A stretch of DNA of 21,958 nucleotides from Ancylonema sp. (taxonomy: Eukaryota): contig JBFLGF010000069.1 of the NCBI GenBank assembly GCA_050230475.1, positions 62,001-83,958 of the forward strand, given 5' to 3'. The position numbers were made by a program, and so were the translations under genes. This document shows positions 1-10,806 of the stretch, one piece after another (position 1 is the stretch's first letter; each line of letters starts with the position of its first letter). The notes beneath the pieces were generated by a model. The model worked only from the letters and a program-made list of their open reading frames with translations. It was not told the origin of the DNA and did no database searches.

Positions 1-1948
1 GCAATCCTTTCCAGAGTTTTTTTCGCGCCTTATGCGTAGTCCTTTCTCGTCAACCCCTCAGCTCACCCAGCCATTCGCCACAAATGAGGACCTTCATCCA
101 GCTCACGACACGAAACCGATACTTACCACCACAGACTCCCGCAGTCCGAAAGAATTTCGCGCCTCAAAGCCCTCAGCTCCGCTCGTAGACGAGATCGTCG
201 ACTCCCTCGCTGACCTTCTAGTCACATATGAAGGAGACCCTGCGGGCGCCCCTGCAGCTGCGCTGTCAAATGAAGCTTCCATGCAGCTTCTCCTGCAGTT
301 TTTGGATGACGTCAGCCCCCCAAGGACGGAGTTCCCAAAAGCGAGCGTGAGGAGACTTGAGTTTTTTCTTCGTTCGGAGACACCGTGGGGGGGAGAGGGC
401 TATCGCCGGGTCAGTATGGAGCTCAAAACGACCGGAGGCCTGTGCAAGAAGATGGTCGAGAAATCGCTGGGAAGTTTCTTGGAAGGTGCATTTACAATGC
501 CTCCCTGAAATGAAAATCCTGAATCTCAGTATTGGGTGGAGCTTTAATTATGGAATCTTCAATGGTAATGAGGGTTTCCATGTCACATTGCATTTGTAAA
601 TTATTAGGGTATTCTTGCGACTATTCAAGAGGAAATCCGTTTCATTACTATCTTCGAAGCTTGCAAGGCCTTTTACAATTTGTGACTACATCCAGAGATG
701 AAGTGTTGGCTTGGTAGTGGTCCCAATAGGGTTGGAAGAAAGGTTGGAGGTTGGCAATACTCCCTCAAACTTCCCAGCCATTCCTAAGCCTTGATCTACA
801 AGAACTCCAAATCATCTCAAAAATCAGGAAACAAGGCACAATGATAGGGCACAACCTTAGCCTGATATAGCCTGATGATGAGGTGTTTTAGTGGCTCTAC
901 TTGTTAACATCAGATGATTTTTGGTTGCTCCCTCGGTCAAGATGTGTGCATTCACTCTTCACGTCTTTGGCATGAAAGGCTCGCATTTGGAGCTTCAAAA
1001 GTTTACGGAATCTCGCCATGTCGATGATGTGATGCAAGAAGTAGAGGGCCAATCCTATCTCGTCTTGGACGTCTCTAACTTCACCCCCGTTTCACTTCAT
1101 GGACATATTTTTTAATGACTCTTACACAAGGCTTGTCGTCATAGTGTATGTGGAGTATCTTGATTATTCAGTAGGGTCCTCTCAGCTAGCTAGATAGCTT
1201 GACACCTCTTTACTACAACCAAAATCGTGTCTCCACACTTCCCCGACAACACAACCATGAGTTCATCTTCATTTTGTGACCTTTGTTAAACCGCTGACCT
1301 CAATGTTTCCCGTTTGTAGAATGTGGCCTTCCTGGAAAGTTCCGATGGGGAAAAGATTGTTGGGAGCTCACGGAGGCAGTCCCGATCAAGACTAGACCAA
1401 TCGAAAACCCAGACACTCTAACCCCCTCGGAGATTCTAGCTGTCGCAAACGATGAATCGGATAAGGGTGCGAATTCAAGCCCCTCCTTTTCGAAATCAAG
1501 CTCATTGGAGATGGATTCAAAAGATGGTCTAGATGGCGAGAGAGGTGTGATGGAAAGTGAGAGGAGGGACCAAAAGGAGGGGGTAGGAGTTGATAGTAGA
1601 GAGGAGCAAAGCACTAGTGAAGGTAGCAAAGACAATAGGTTATCAATCGAGGAGGCTGTACAAAAACTGGATCCTATTCTAGAAGCTTTGGCAACATTGC
1701 CTTGGCACGAAGATGAGGCGGATAGAAGTAGAATAAAGAGGGAGTTGCTCGATACCCTAGAGGAAGATGGGTGGAAGGTGGGAGAGGGTGTGCTCAAAAT
1801 TTGGGGGGGGGAGAGGGAGTTAGTGAATGTGGTCTCGGGAGTAGACGCAGCCAGTGTAGAGGCGTTGAAGGGTGTTTTGTATCATACCAAACGATATGAT
1901 GCGGAATTCGGGATAGCAATCGCACCCGAGCTCGCATCACAACAATGA
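1..1948 (+). CDS. Two-exon hypothetical protein gene, copy 1 (exon 1 <1-485, intron 486-1319, exon 2 1320-1948; start codon upstream of window)
   Basis: Donor GAAG|GTGCAT at 486, branch-like CTGAC near 1294, acceptor TTTCCCGTTTGTAG| at 1319. The phase-1 junction G+AA=Glu joins ORF 32..508 in frame to a frame that is open from 1319 to TGA at 1946-1948 (...SLGSFLE-ECGLPGKFRWGKDCWELTEAVP...). Confidence 0.75.
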
Positions 1949-2549
1949 AAGCCTGCCCTTCGTCTTGCTTGGAATGGTATATGGCCTTCGATTGGTGAGG
2001 TCACGAGGTGGGGAGTGAGTCATCAAGGGACATCAAGTGTTTCTTGGTTCGGATTTTCCCAAGTTGTTAGCAAAAAAAGTGGTGACACGAGAGCTTGATT
2101 TACTAGATGTACAACACAACTGTACAGCAAGTAGCGTCAAAGTCTTGATTTCCAGATGTATGCATGCGACCAAGACGTAGCGGTTGTGCCCACATGGAAC
2201 GAGGACAAGATGACCAATGGGTGTGCATGACGGAATGGAAGGGAGAATTCGGCGATGGTGAAGTGGTGCTCGTCGACAGTTTAAGCTAGCTTGGTCTCGT
2301 GACAACGGTGAGTGGTGAACTCGATCTCTTCACACGCTAGGAAACGTGACAAAGGGTGAGTTTAAAAGTTCGAGGCACTTGAGGGACACCATCTAAGTCC
2401 ACGTCACAGCGGGGAGCGCCTCATGATTTGCAGCGCGGTACAAGATAGTGATAGAGTTCCACAAACCATTTCGCGTACCCATTGGAAATCATGGATAAAA
2501 AAATACGAGAAGTTGTAGCATGGAAAGAAAGCACACCGAAGCAAACATG

Positions 2550-2596
2550 GGAGAGTGGAGAGTGGAGAGTGGAGAGTGGAGAGTGGAGAGTGGAGA
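2550..2596 (+). repeat. Heptamer microsatellite (GGAGAGT)6+GGAGA at the copy 1/copy 2 junction
   Basis: Counted directly; immediately followed by AAATCGGGCC, the first bases of copy 2. Confidence 0.97.
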
Positions 2597-5090
2597 AAAT
2601 CGGGCCGGCGCAATGTTTGCCCGACTCGATCCCAGTTCGTTTCGCCAATTTATGTCGAACTGGGAGCGAGCCGGGAGGGCCATAAATTGAACTTTCGCGA
2701 CCCAGCTCGACATGGAACCGGGAGCAATCGAACTCGGCAGATTTTTCGTCGAACTGGGTTGGTCTATAACTTGTGCTCTTAACTTTGTTAAGAGCTCCAT
2801 TATCAGATGGATTCTTCACAACATGTACAACCTTCAACTTGGGATCCATACAAACCCTTACATCAAGCGAAGTCCACCACTTCCATATTTTTTGCTTTTC
2901 TATATTTTCTGTAAGGACATCGGACATTAGGGTTCGGGCAGCATGTTAATACAAAAAAGGCCGTTCGGTTGAAATTGACCGTGTTTAAAACTCGACAATA
3001 TTAGCATATTTGGCCGATCAAACCAGATACGTGGCGAGCATATGATCGTAGTCGAAGTTTCTCCTCGATCTTCCCGTGCATAGCAGCGGCGTTCTGGTCC
3101 GCAATTAACGGTAGCTTTCGATACTACGGCCCATGCCAGACTCCTGGCAAGTCGTCCGTCTTACGGATTTCCGCTCTCATTCCGAGACTTTGAAGCCATG
3201 ACGGAACCCGATATCGTGCAATTCTGGGAATGTTGCTGATGACACGAAGCGTTTTGTGGTCTGGTATAATTTCTGTGCCGTTCCATTGTCCGCCGATGAC
3301 CGAACACCCACTGCGGATACAAAAGTATGGCTCCACAACGCCTAAATGCGTGGAAACGCCACCTGCACTTCATGTCTTCTCACACTTTGATGAGACGCTC
3401 ACCGGCCTGCTACCGCGACAAAAATCTCTTTCTCACCCCCCCTGACGTGTCTCAGAATCCTTCATTGCCTACAAAAGCGCCACATTACCGTTGTGCGCAA
3501 ATAATGGCCGCTGAAATGTGCCTGAGCCGGCAATCCTTTCCAGAGTTTTTTTCGCGCCTTATGCGTAGTCCTTTCTCGTCAACCCCTCAGCTCACCCAGC
3601 CATTCGCCACAAATGAGGACCTTCATCCAGCTCACGACACGAAACCGATACTTACCACCACAGACTCCCGCAGTCCGAAAGAATTTCGCGCCTCAAAGCC
3701 CTCAGCTCCGCTCGTAGACGAGATCGTCGACTCCCTCGCTGACCTTCTAGTCACATATGAAGGAGACCCTGCGGGCGCCCCTGCAGCTGCGCTGTCAAAT
3801 GAAGCTTCCATGCAGCTTCTCCTGCAGTTTTTGGATGACGTCAGCCCCCCAAGGACGGAGTTCCCAAAAGCGAGCGTGAGGAGACTTGAGTTTTTTCTTC
3901 GTTCGGAGACACCGTGGGGGGGAGAGGGCTATCGCCGGGTCAGTATGGAGCTCAAAACGACCGGAGGCCTGTGCAAGAAGATGGTCGAGAAATCGCTGGG
4001 AAGTTTCTTGGAAGGTGCATTTACAATGCCTCCCTGAAATGAAAATCCTGAATCTCAGTATTGGGTGGAGCTTTAATTATGGAATCTTCAATGGTAATGA
4101 GGGTTTCCATGTCACATTGCATTTGTAAATTATTAGGGTATTCTTGCGACTATTCAAGAGGAAAAGGCACAATGATAGGGCACAACCTTAGCCTGATATA
4201 GCCTGATGATGAGGTGTTTTAGTGGCTCTACTTGTTAACATCAGATGATTTTTGGTTGCTCCCTCGGTCAAGATGTGTGCATTCACTCTTCACGTCTTTG
4301 GCATGAAAGGCTCGCATTTGGAGCTTCAAAAGTTTACGGAATCTCGCCATGTCGATGATGTGATGCAAGAAGTAGAGGGCCAATCCTATCTCGTCTTGGA
4401 CGTCTCTAACTTCACCCCCGTTTCACTTCATGGACATATTTTTTAATGACTCTTACACAAGGCTTGTCGTCATAGTGTATGTGGAGTATCTTGATTATTC
4501 AGTAGGGTCCTCTCAGCTAGCTAGATAGCTTGACACCTCTTTACTACAACCAAAATCGTGTCTCCACACTTCCCCGACAACACAACCATGAGTTCATCTT
4601 CATTTTGTGACCTTTGTTAAACCGCTGACCTCAATGTTTCCCGTTTGTAGAATGTGGCCTTCCTGGAAAGTTCCGATGGGGAAAAGATTGTTGGGAGCTC
4701 ACGGAGGCAGTCCCGATCAAGACTAGACCAATCGAAAACCCAGACACTCTAACCCCCTCGGAGATTCTAGCTGTCGCAAACGATGAATCGGATAAGGGTG
4801 CGAATTCAAGCCCCTCCTTTTCGAAATCAAGCTCATTGGAGATGGATTCAAAAGATGGTCTAGATGGCGAGAGAGGTGTGATGGAAAGTGAGAGGAGGGA
4901 CCAAAAGGAGGGGGTAGGAGTTGATAGTAGAGAGGAGCAAAGCACTAGTGAAGGTAGCAAAGACAATAGGTTATCAATCGAGGAGGCTGTACAAAAACTG
5001 GATCCTATTCTAGAAGCTTTGGCAACATTGCCTTGGCACGAAGATGAGGCGGATAGAAGTAGAATAAAGAGGGAGTTGCTCGATACCCTA
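2597..5090 (+). repeat. Tandem duplication unit, copy 2 (198-bp internal deletion; 3' truncated)
   Basis: 2597 aligns with 5607 (offset 3010). The offset to copy 1 changes from 3529 to 3331 at 4164/4165, i.e. loss of copy-1 bases 636-833. Identity stops at ...GATACCCTA (5090). Confidence 0.97.
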
Positions 5091-5099
5091 ATTTGGTAA
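3504..5099 (+). pseudogene. Two-exon hypothetical gene, copy 2, C-terminally truncated (exon 1 3504-4014, exon 2 4651-5099)
   Basis: Same splice sites as copies 1 and 3, with the deletion entirely intronic. The breakpoint at 5090 gives ...RELLDTLIW* and removes the GWKVGEGVLKIWGGERE segment. Confidence 0.7.
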
Positions 5100-5500
5100 C
5101 GCAAATGTTCATCGACTGCCACTTGTTCCAGCATCCCTTACCGGTTCTGATTTCAAATACTACACCCTTTTTGGGCTTCGCGGGCACTCCGCCCAGGTTC
5201 TTATAGAAGAAGTGGTAAGCCAATAGTACGCACTCAAACAATATTTCGGTAGTCTGACTTGTTCCTTTCCTTCCAAGATTCGCACTTACATGGTACCACG
5301 CCATGCACAGTCCTTCGTTTGCAGATCGTTCCAGAGCTCCGATCCTCCGACAAAAGTGGCTTCGCGATCTCGTTGCACACGCGGCATCCCGAAACTGATT
5401 ATTGCAGAGCACAGGAGAAGCCTATACCATCCTTGTGGCAGATCGAAACTTCAAACCCCATTACAAGAGACGTCTACTCTGTTGGCGCGAAAAGTTGTCG

Positions 5501-5778
5501 GTTCGACTCAATTTATCCGCACGATTAATATAGCGATGTGATTGGATGGGTTAGTCGAACTGAGCTGGGCAAGCCAAATTTACCCAATTCAGGTACCGAG
5601 CCGGGTAAATCGGGCCGGCGCAATGTTTGCCCGACTCGATCCCAGTTCGTTTCGCCAATTTATGTCGAACTGGGAGCGAGCCGGGAGGGCCATAAATTGA
5701 ACTTTCGCGACCCAGCTCGACATGGAACCGGGAGCAATCGAACTCGGCAGATTTTTCGTCGAACTGGGTTGGTCTATA
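5501..5778. repeat. Cluster of alternating direct/inverted GTCGAACTGGG-like motifs (possible transposon terminus); partial copy at 2597-2768
   Basis: GTTCGAC 5501, GTCGAACTG 5554, CCCAGTTCG 5641, GTCGAACTGGG 5664, CCCAGCTCGAC 5711, TCGAACTCGG 5738, GTCGAACTGGG 5758 followed by TTGGTCTATA. Confidence 0.55.
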
Positions 5779-6513
5779 ACTTGTGCTCTTAACTTTGTTA
5801 AGAGCTCCATTATCAGATGGATTCTTCACAACATGTACAACCTTCAACTTGGGATCCATACAAACCCTTACATCAAGCGAAGTCCACCACTTCCATATTT
5901 TTTGCTTTTCTATATTTTCTGTAAGGACATCGGACATTAGGGTTCGGGCAGCATGTTAATACAAAAAAGGCCGTTCGGTTGAAATTGACCGTGTTTAAAA
6001 CTCGACAATATTAGCATATTTGGCCGATCAAACCAGATACGTGGCGAGCATATGATCGTAGTCGAAGTTTCTCCTCGATCTTCCCGTGCATAGCAGCGGC
6101 GTTCTGGTCCGCAATTAACGGTAGCTTTCGATACTACGGCCCATGCCAGACTCCTGGCAAGTCGTCCGTCTTACGGATTTCCGCTCTCATTCCGAGACTT
6201 TGAAGCCATGACGGAACCCGATATCGTGCAATTCTGGGAATGTTGCTGATGACACGAAGCGTTTTGTGGTCTGGTATAATTTCTGTGCCGTTCCATTGTC
6301 CGCCGATGACCGAACACCCACTGCGGATACAAAAGTATGGCTCCACAACGCCTAAATGCGTGGAAACGCCACCTGCACTTCATGTCTTCTCACACTTTGA
6401 TGAGACGCTCACCGGCCTGCTACCGCGACAAAAATCTCTTTCTCACCCCCCCTGACGTGTCTCAGAATCCTTCATTGCCTACAAAAGCGCCACATTACCG
6501 TTGTGCGCAAATA

Positions 6514-8487
6514 ATGGCCGCTGAAATGTGCCTGAGCCGGCAATCCTTTCCAGAGTTTTTTTCGCGCCTTATGCGTAGTCCTTTCTCGTCAACCCCTCAG
6601 CTCACCCAGCCATTCGCCACAAATGAGGACCTTCATCCAGCTCACGACACGAAACCGATACTTACCACCACAGACTCCCGCAGTCCGAAAGAATTTCGCG
6701 CCTCAAAGCCCTCAGCTCCGCTCGTAGACGAGATCGTCGACTCCCTCGCTGACCTTCTAGTCACATATGAAGGAGACCCTGCGGGCGCCCCTGCAGCTGC
6801 GCTGTCAAATGAAGCTTCCATGCAGCTTCTCCTGCAGTTTTTGGATGACGTCAGCCCCCCAAGGACGGAGTTCCCAAAAGCGAGCGTGAGGAGACTTGAG
6901 TTTTTTCTTCGTTCGGAGACACCGTGGGGGGGAGAGGGCTATCGCCGGGTCAGTATGGAGCTCAAAACGACCGGAGGCCTGTGCAAGAAGATGGTCGAGA
7001 AATCGCTGGGAAGTTTCTTGGAAGGTGCATTTACAATGCCTCCCTGAAATGAAAATCCTGAATCTCAGTATTGGGTGGAGCTTTAATTATGGAATCTTCA
7101 ATGGTAATGAGGGTTTCCATGTCACATTGCATTTGTAAATTATTAGGGTATTCTTGCGACTATTCAAGAGGAAATCCGTTTCATTACTATCTTCGAAGCT
7201 TGCAAGGCCTTTTACAATTTGTGACTACATCCAGAGATGAAGTGTTGGCTTGGTAGTGGTCCCAATAGGGTTGGAAGAAAGGTTGGAGGTTGGCAATACT
7301 CCCTCAAACTTCCCAGCCATTCCTAAGCCTTGATCTACAAGAACTCCAAATCATCTCAAAAATCAGGAAACAAGGCACAATGATAGGGCACAACCTTAGC
7401 CTGATATAGCCTGATGATGAGGTGTTTTAGTGGCTCTACTTGTTAACATCAGATGATTTTTGGTTGCTCCCTCGGTCAAGATGTGTGCATTCACTCTTCA
7501 CGTCTTTGGCATGAAAGGCTCGCATTTGGAGCTTCAAAAGTTTACGGAATCTCGCCATGTCGATGATGTGATGCAAGAAGTAGAGGGCCAATCCTATCTC
7601 GTCTTGGACGTCTCTAACTTCACCCCCGTTTCACTTCATGGACATATTTTTTAATGACTCTTACACAAGGCTTGTCGTCATAGTGTATGTGGAGTATCTT
7701 GATTATTCAGTAGGGTCCTCTCAGCTAGCTAGATAGCTTGACACCTCTTTACTACAACCAAAATCGTGTCTCCACACTTCCCCGACAACACAACCATGAG
7801 TTCATCTTCATTTTGTGACCTTTGTTAAACCGCTGACCTCAATGTTTCCCGTTTGTAGAATGTGGCCTTCCTGGAAAGTTCCGATGGGGAAAAGATTGTT
7901 GGGAGCTCACGGAGGCAGTCCCGATCAAGACTAGACCAATCGAAAACCCAGACACTCTAACCCCCTCGGAGATTCTAGCTGTCGCAAACGATGAATCGGA
8001 TAAGGGTGCGAATTCAAGCCCCTCCTTTTCGAAATCAAGCTCATTGGAGATGGATTCAAAAGATGGTCTAGATGGCGAGAGAGGTGTGATGGAAAGTGAG
8101 AGGAGGGACCAAAAGGAGGGGGTAGGAGTTGATAGTAGAGAGGAGCAAAGCACTAGTGAAGGTAGCAAAGACAATAGGTTATCAATCGAGGAGGCTGTAC
8201 AAAAACTGGATCCTATTCTAGAAGCTTTGGCAACATTGCCTTGGCACGAAGATGAGGCGGATAGAAGTAGAATAAAGAGGGAGTTGCTCGATACCCTAGA
8301 GGAAGATGGGTGGAAGGTGGGAGAGGGTGTGCTCAAAATTTGGGGGGGGGAGAGGGAGTTAGTGAATGTGGTCTCGGGAGTAGACGCAGCCAGTGTAGAG
8401 GCGTTGAAGGGTGTTTTGTATCATACCAAACGATATGATGCGGAATTCGGGATAGCAATCGCACCCGAGCTCGCATCACAACAATGA
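6514..8487 (+). CDS. Two-exon hypothetical protein, ~379 aa (exon 1 6514-7024, intron 7025-7858, exon 2 7859-8487); alternative upstream in-frame ATG at 6337
   Basis: ATG in plant-like context AAATAATGGCC. GT-AG intron of 834 bp with an in-frame phase-1 junction; 511+629 nt = 380 codons including stop. Has an S/P/T-rich N-terminus, an acidic linker and a globular-looking C-terminal domain. Confidence 0.75.
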
Positions 8488-9088
8488 AAGCCTGCCCTTC
8501 GTCTTGCTTGGAATGGTATATGGCCTTCGATTGGTGAGGTCACGAGGTGGGGAGTGAGTCATCAAGGGACATCAAGTGTTTCTTGGTTCGGATTTTCCCA
8601 AGTTGTTAGCAAAAAAAGTGGTGACACGAGAGCTTGATTTACTAGATGTACAACACAACTGTACAGCAAGTAGCGTCAAAGTCTTGATTTCCAGATGTAT
8701 GCATGCGACCAAGACGTAGCGGTTGTGCCCACATGGAACGAGGACAAGATGACCAATGGGTGTGCATGACGGAATGGAAGGGAGAATTCGGCGATGGTGA
8801 AGTGGTGCTCGTCGACAGTTTAAGCTAGCTTGGTCTCGTGACAACGGTGAGTGGTGAACTCGATCTCTTCACACGCTAGGAAACGTGACAAAGGGTGAGT
8901 TTAAAAGTTCGAGGCACTTGAGGGACACCATCTAAGTCCACGTCACAGCGGGGAGCGCCTCATGATTTGCAGCGCGGTACAAGATAGTGATAGAGTTCCA
9001 CAAACCATTTCGCGTACCCATTGGAAATCATGGATAAAAAAATACGAGAAGTTGTAGCATGGAAAGAAAGCACACCGAAGCAAACATG

Positions 9089-9156
9089 GGAGAGTGGAGA
9101 GTGGAGAGTGGAGAGTGGAGAGTGGAGAGTGGAGAGTGGAGAGTGGAGAGTGGAGA
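9089..9156 (+). repeat. Heptamer microsatellite (GGAGAGT)9+GGAGA
   Basis: Counted directly; same position in the unit as the 2550-2596 array but three units longer. Confidence 0.97.
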
Positions 9157-10183
9157 TTGCTCTCCTCCACACCTAAACGAGGCAAATAAAAGGAATGAGC
9201 ACACAACAAGTCTACACTAAGCCCCTATGTCAGTGGCCGTGAAGGTCGACCCCCGATTAGACACCACCGCCCCCCCCTCTTTGTTGATACAACTGTGGTC
9301 CTCATCCTCCCCATTCATCATCGCCGTTTATCGAGACATTGCTTTGGCGGCAAAACTCGATACGTTGCCGAAAAAGAGGGAGTGCGGAAATGAGGTCCCA
9401 TATTGCTCCCGCCACCTAGGTTCCAAAACCGCACATGTATCACACTTTTACCCCACTCCCATTCTAGACAGACAAGTGTCATTGGATCATTGGTCCTAAC
9501 TGTCTGCAATATTAGAGTCCGCCAGCTCCCCCTCTAGAACCCTCTGCACCTCCACGCACTCACACAAACTCCACACGGGTACCCCCTCTCGTGTCTCCCC
9601 CCCCCCACTGCCCGCACGCAAGGGTTCTCGTCGATAAGGGCCAACGCCGCCTCCCTCTCGGTGGGGTTCAAGAGCACCATCACACATTCATCATGAGCAT
9701 TGAATGATATTTATATTTTTTAAAAATTAAACCACACTAAAAAGATTCGAGACATGTCCATTTTGGAGATGTCTAAGACTAAATACATCATTTCGTGCGA
9801 GTTCGAATTCGGAGGTCCCATTTCGCGTCATAGAACGGGGGTTTACTTGACGATATGACGTTAAACTCGGAGCGAAACCTAGCAGTGTTAGGACATACGT
9901 TGAGGACATTAAAACAGAGGTGATGTTTTGTCGAGTAAATACTCGTTATGGGCACATCGTTGGGACACAGGAAACTTGTACCGGTAACGTGGTTGTGTCT
10001 TTTGCGTGTATATGCGTTATAGGCATATTTTCTAGGGGGCCTCAGGTCAGATGTGCCTTTAACGTCGTTTGTCTCGTTGGTGTACTTTTTTTGTCATGCA
10101 ATTTCGACTTATTGGCCGATTGGCGCGTGAATAAGTACAAATTCATTATGACCACTCTCATTAGAAAAACAGAGCACAACCAA

Positions 10184-10742
10184 CACTCGTCGTAGACACA
10201 CTCGTTACTGGCACAATCTCGTTACCAACTTTCCCCCGCCGAATCGTCTTCGTTATAGGCACTAGCACACCACGTTATAGGCACACAAAAAAAAGCATTT
10301 TTGTGCCTGCAACGAATTATGACGTAACAAAACATGTTGACGTGACACATGTGATCGCACAGGTGGGAGACAAGTGTCGAAATGTTCGTTGGTGCGGTGG
10401 CACATGCGTGTGTATTCGTTGTAGCCGTGCTTAACACGTGTGTGTGTAAACGATGCTAGATAGCACAACGAAGTGATAATGATACCATTGCAAGTATTCA
10501 CACTCCAATCAGCAAATAAGACAATATGAAATGGTGATTTTTTTTCAGCGACATGGCAGACGAAGTTCACGGACTATGAGAGCAAAATTTTGAGTTTTGA
10601 GTTTCCCTCGTTACAGGCTTATCTGCCTCAGGGCCCCTGGCAAATTTGCCTGTAACGCGATGTCCATGTTACAGACTCATCCACGTTATAGACGCACGTT
10701 TCCAGTGAACCAAAGGTGTGCCTATAACGAGTATGTACTGTA
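10184..10742. mobile_element. Second copy of the same MITE family, in opposite orientation, inside the outer copy
   Basis: Right end reads TA-CAGTACATACTCGTTATAGGCAC on the minus strand (10718-10742), a Tc1/mariner-pogo style CAGT terminus plus TA. 10470-10742 is inverted-homologous to 9933-10160, and 10184-10345 to 10778-10935. Confidence 0.7.
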
Positions 10743-10786
10743 GATGACGTTCATCGATTTTTCCCCCCATTCCTAATCGACGTCAG

Positions 10787-10806
10787 CACGTGTTATGACG
10801 TCATAA
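10787..10806. promoter_or_regulatory. G-box CACGTG abutting a perfect 14-bp palindrome TTATGACGTCATAA (ACGT-core bZIP-type sites) upstream of Nup98
   Basis: Motifs read directly (10787-10792; 10793-10806); function is only inferred. Confidence 0.3.

Larger units (their letters stand above)
1..2596 (+). repeat. Tandem duplication unit, copy 1 (5' end outside window)
   Basis: Position 1 aligns with 3530 (offset 3529) and 6540 (offset 6539). ORF translations are identical to copy 3. Ends in a GGAGAGT array at 2550-2596. Confidence 0.97.
5607..9156 (+). repeat. Tandem duplication unit, copy 3 (complete; probably the parental copy)
   Basis: Contains all sequence of copies 1 and 2 and is flanked by window-unique sequence on both sides (5091-5606 and 9157 onward). 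Confidence 0.95.

Noticed and set aside
532..1115. Small ORFs 532..717 and 921..1115
   Set aside because: They lie within the predicted intron, use non-ATG starts and have no motifs.
1300..1797. Minus-strand 165-aa Ser/Leu-rich ORF (also 4631..5134 and 7839..8336)
   Set aside because: Antisense shadow of the purine-rich exon 2.
2421..3445. Short overlapping ORFs upstream of the repeated gene (and equivalents at 5005-6455)
   Set aside because: No recognisable domain, mutually overlapping, and they run through microsatellite or junction sequence. A decayed coding relic cannot be excluded without a tBLASTx search.
2550..9156. CRISPR array or true telomere interpretation of the GGAGAGT or 16-bp repeats
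   Set aside because: No spacers and no cas genes; eukaryotic context; arrays are short and internal.
1..9156. Tandem units as LTR/LINE/Helitron elements
   Set aside because: No RT, integrase, transposase or Rep/helicase motifs in any ORF; no LTR, TIR or TSD bounding the unit; intron retained.
9157..9930. ORFs 9227..9499, 9318..9509, 9496..9687 and 9727..9909
   Set aside because: Short, no recognisable motifs or consistent splice structure; treated as intergenic.
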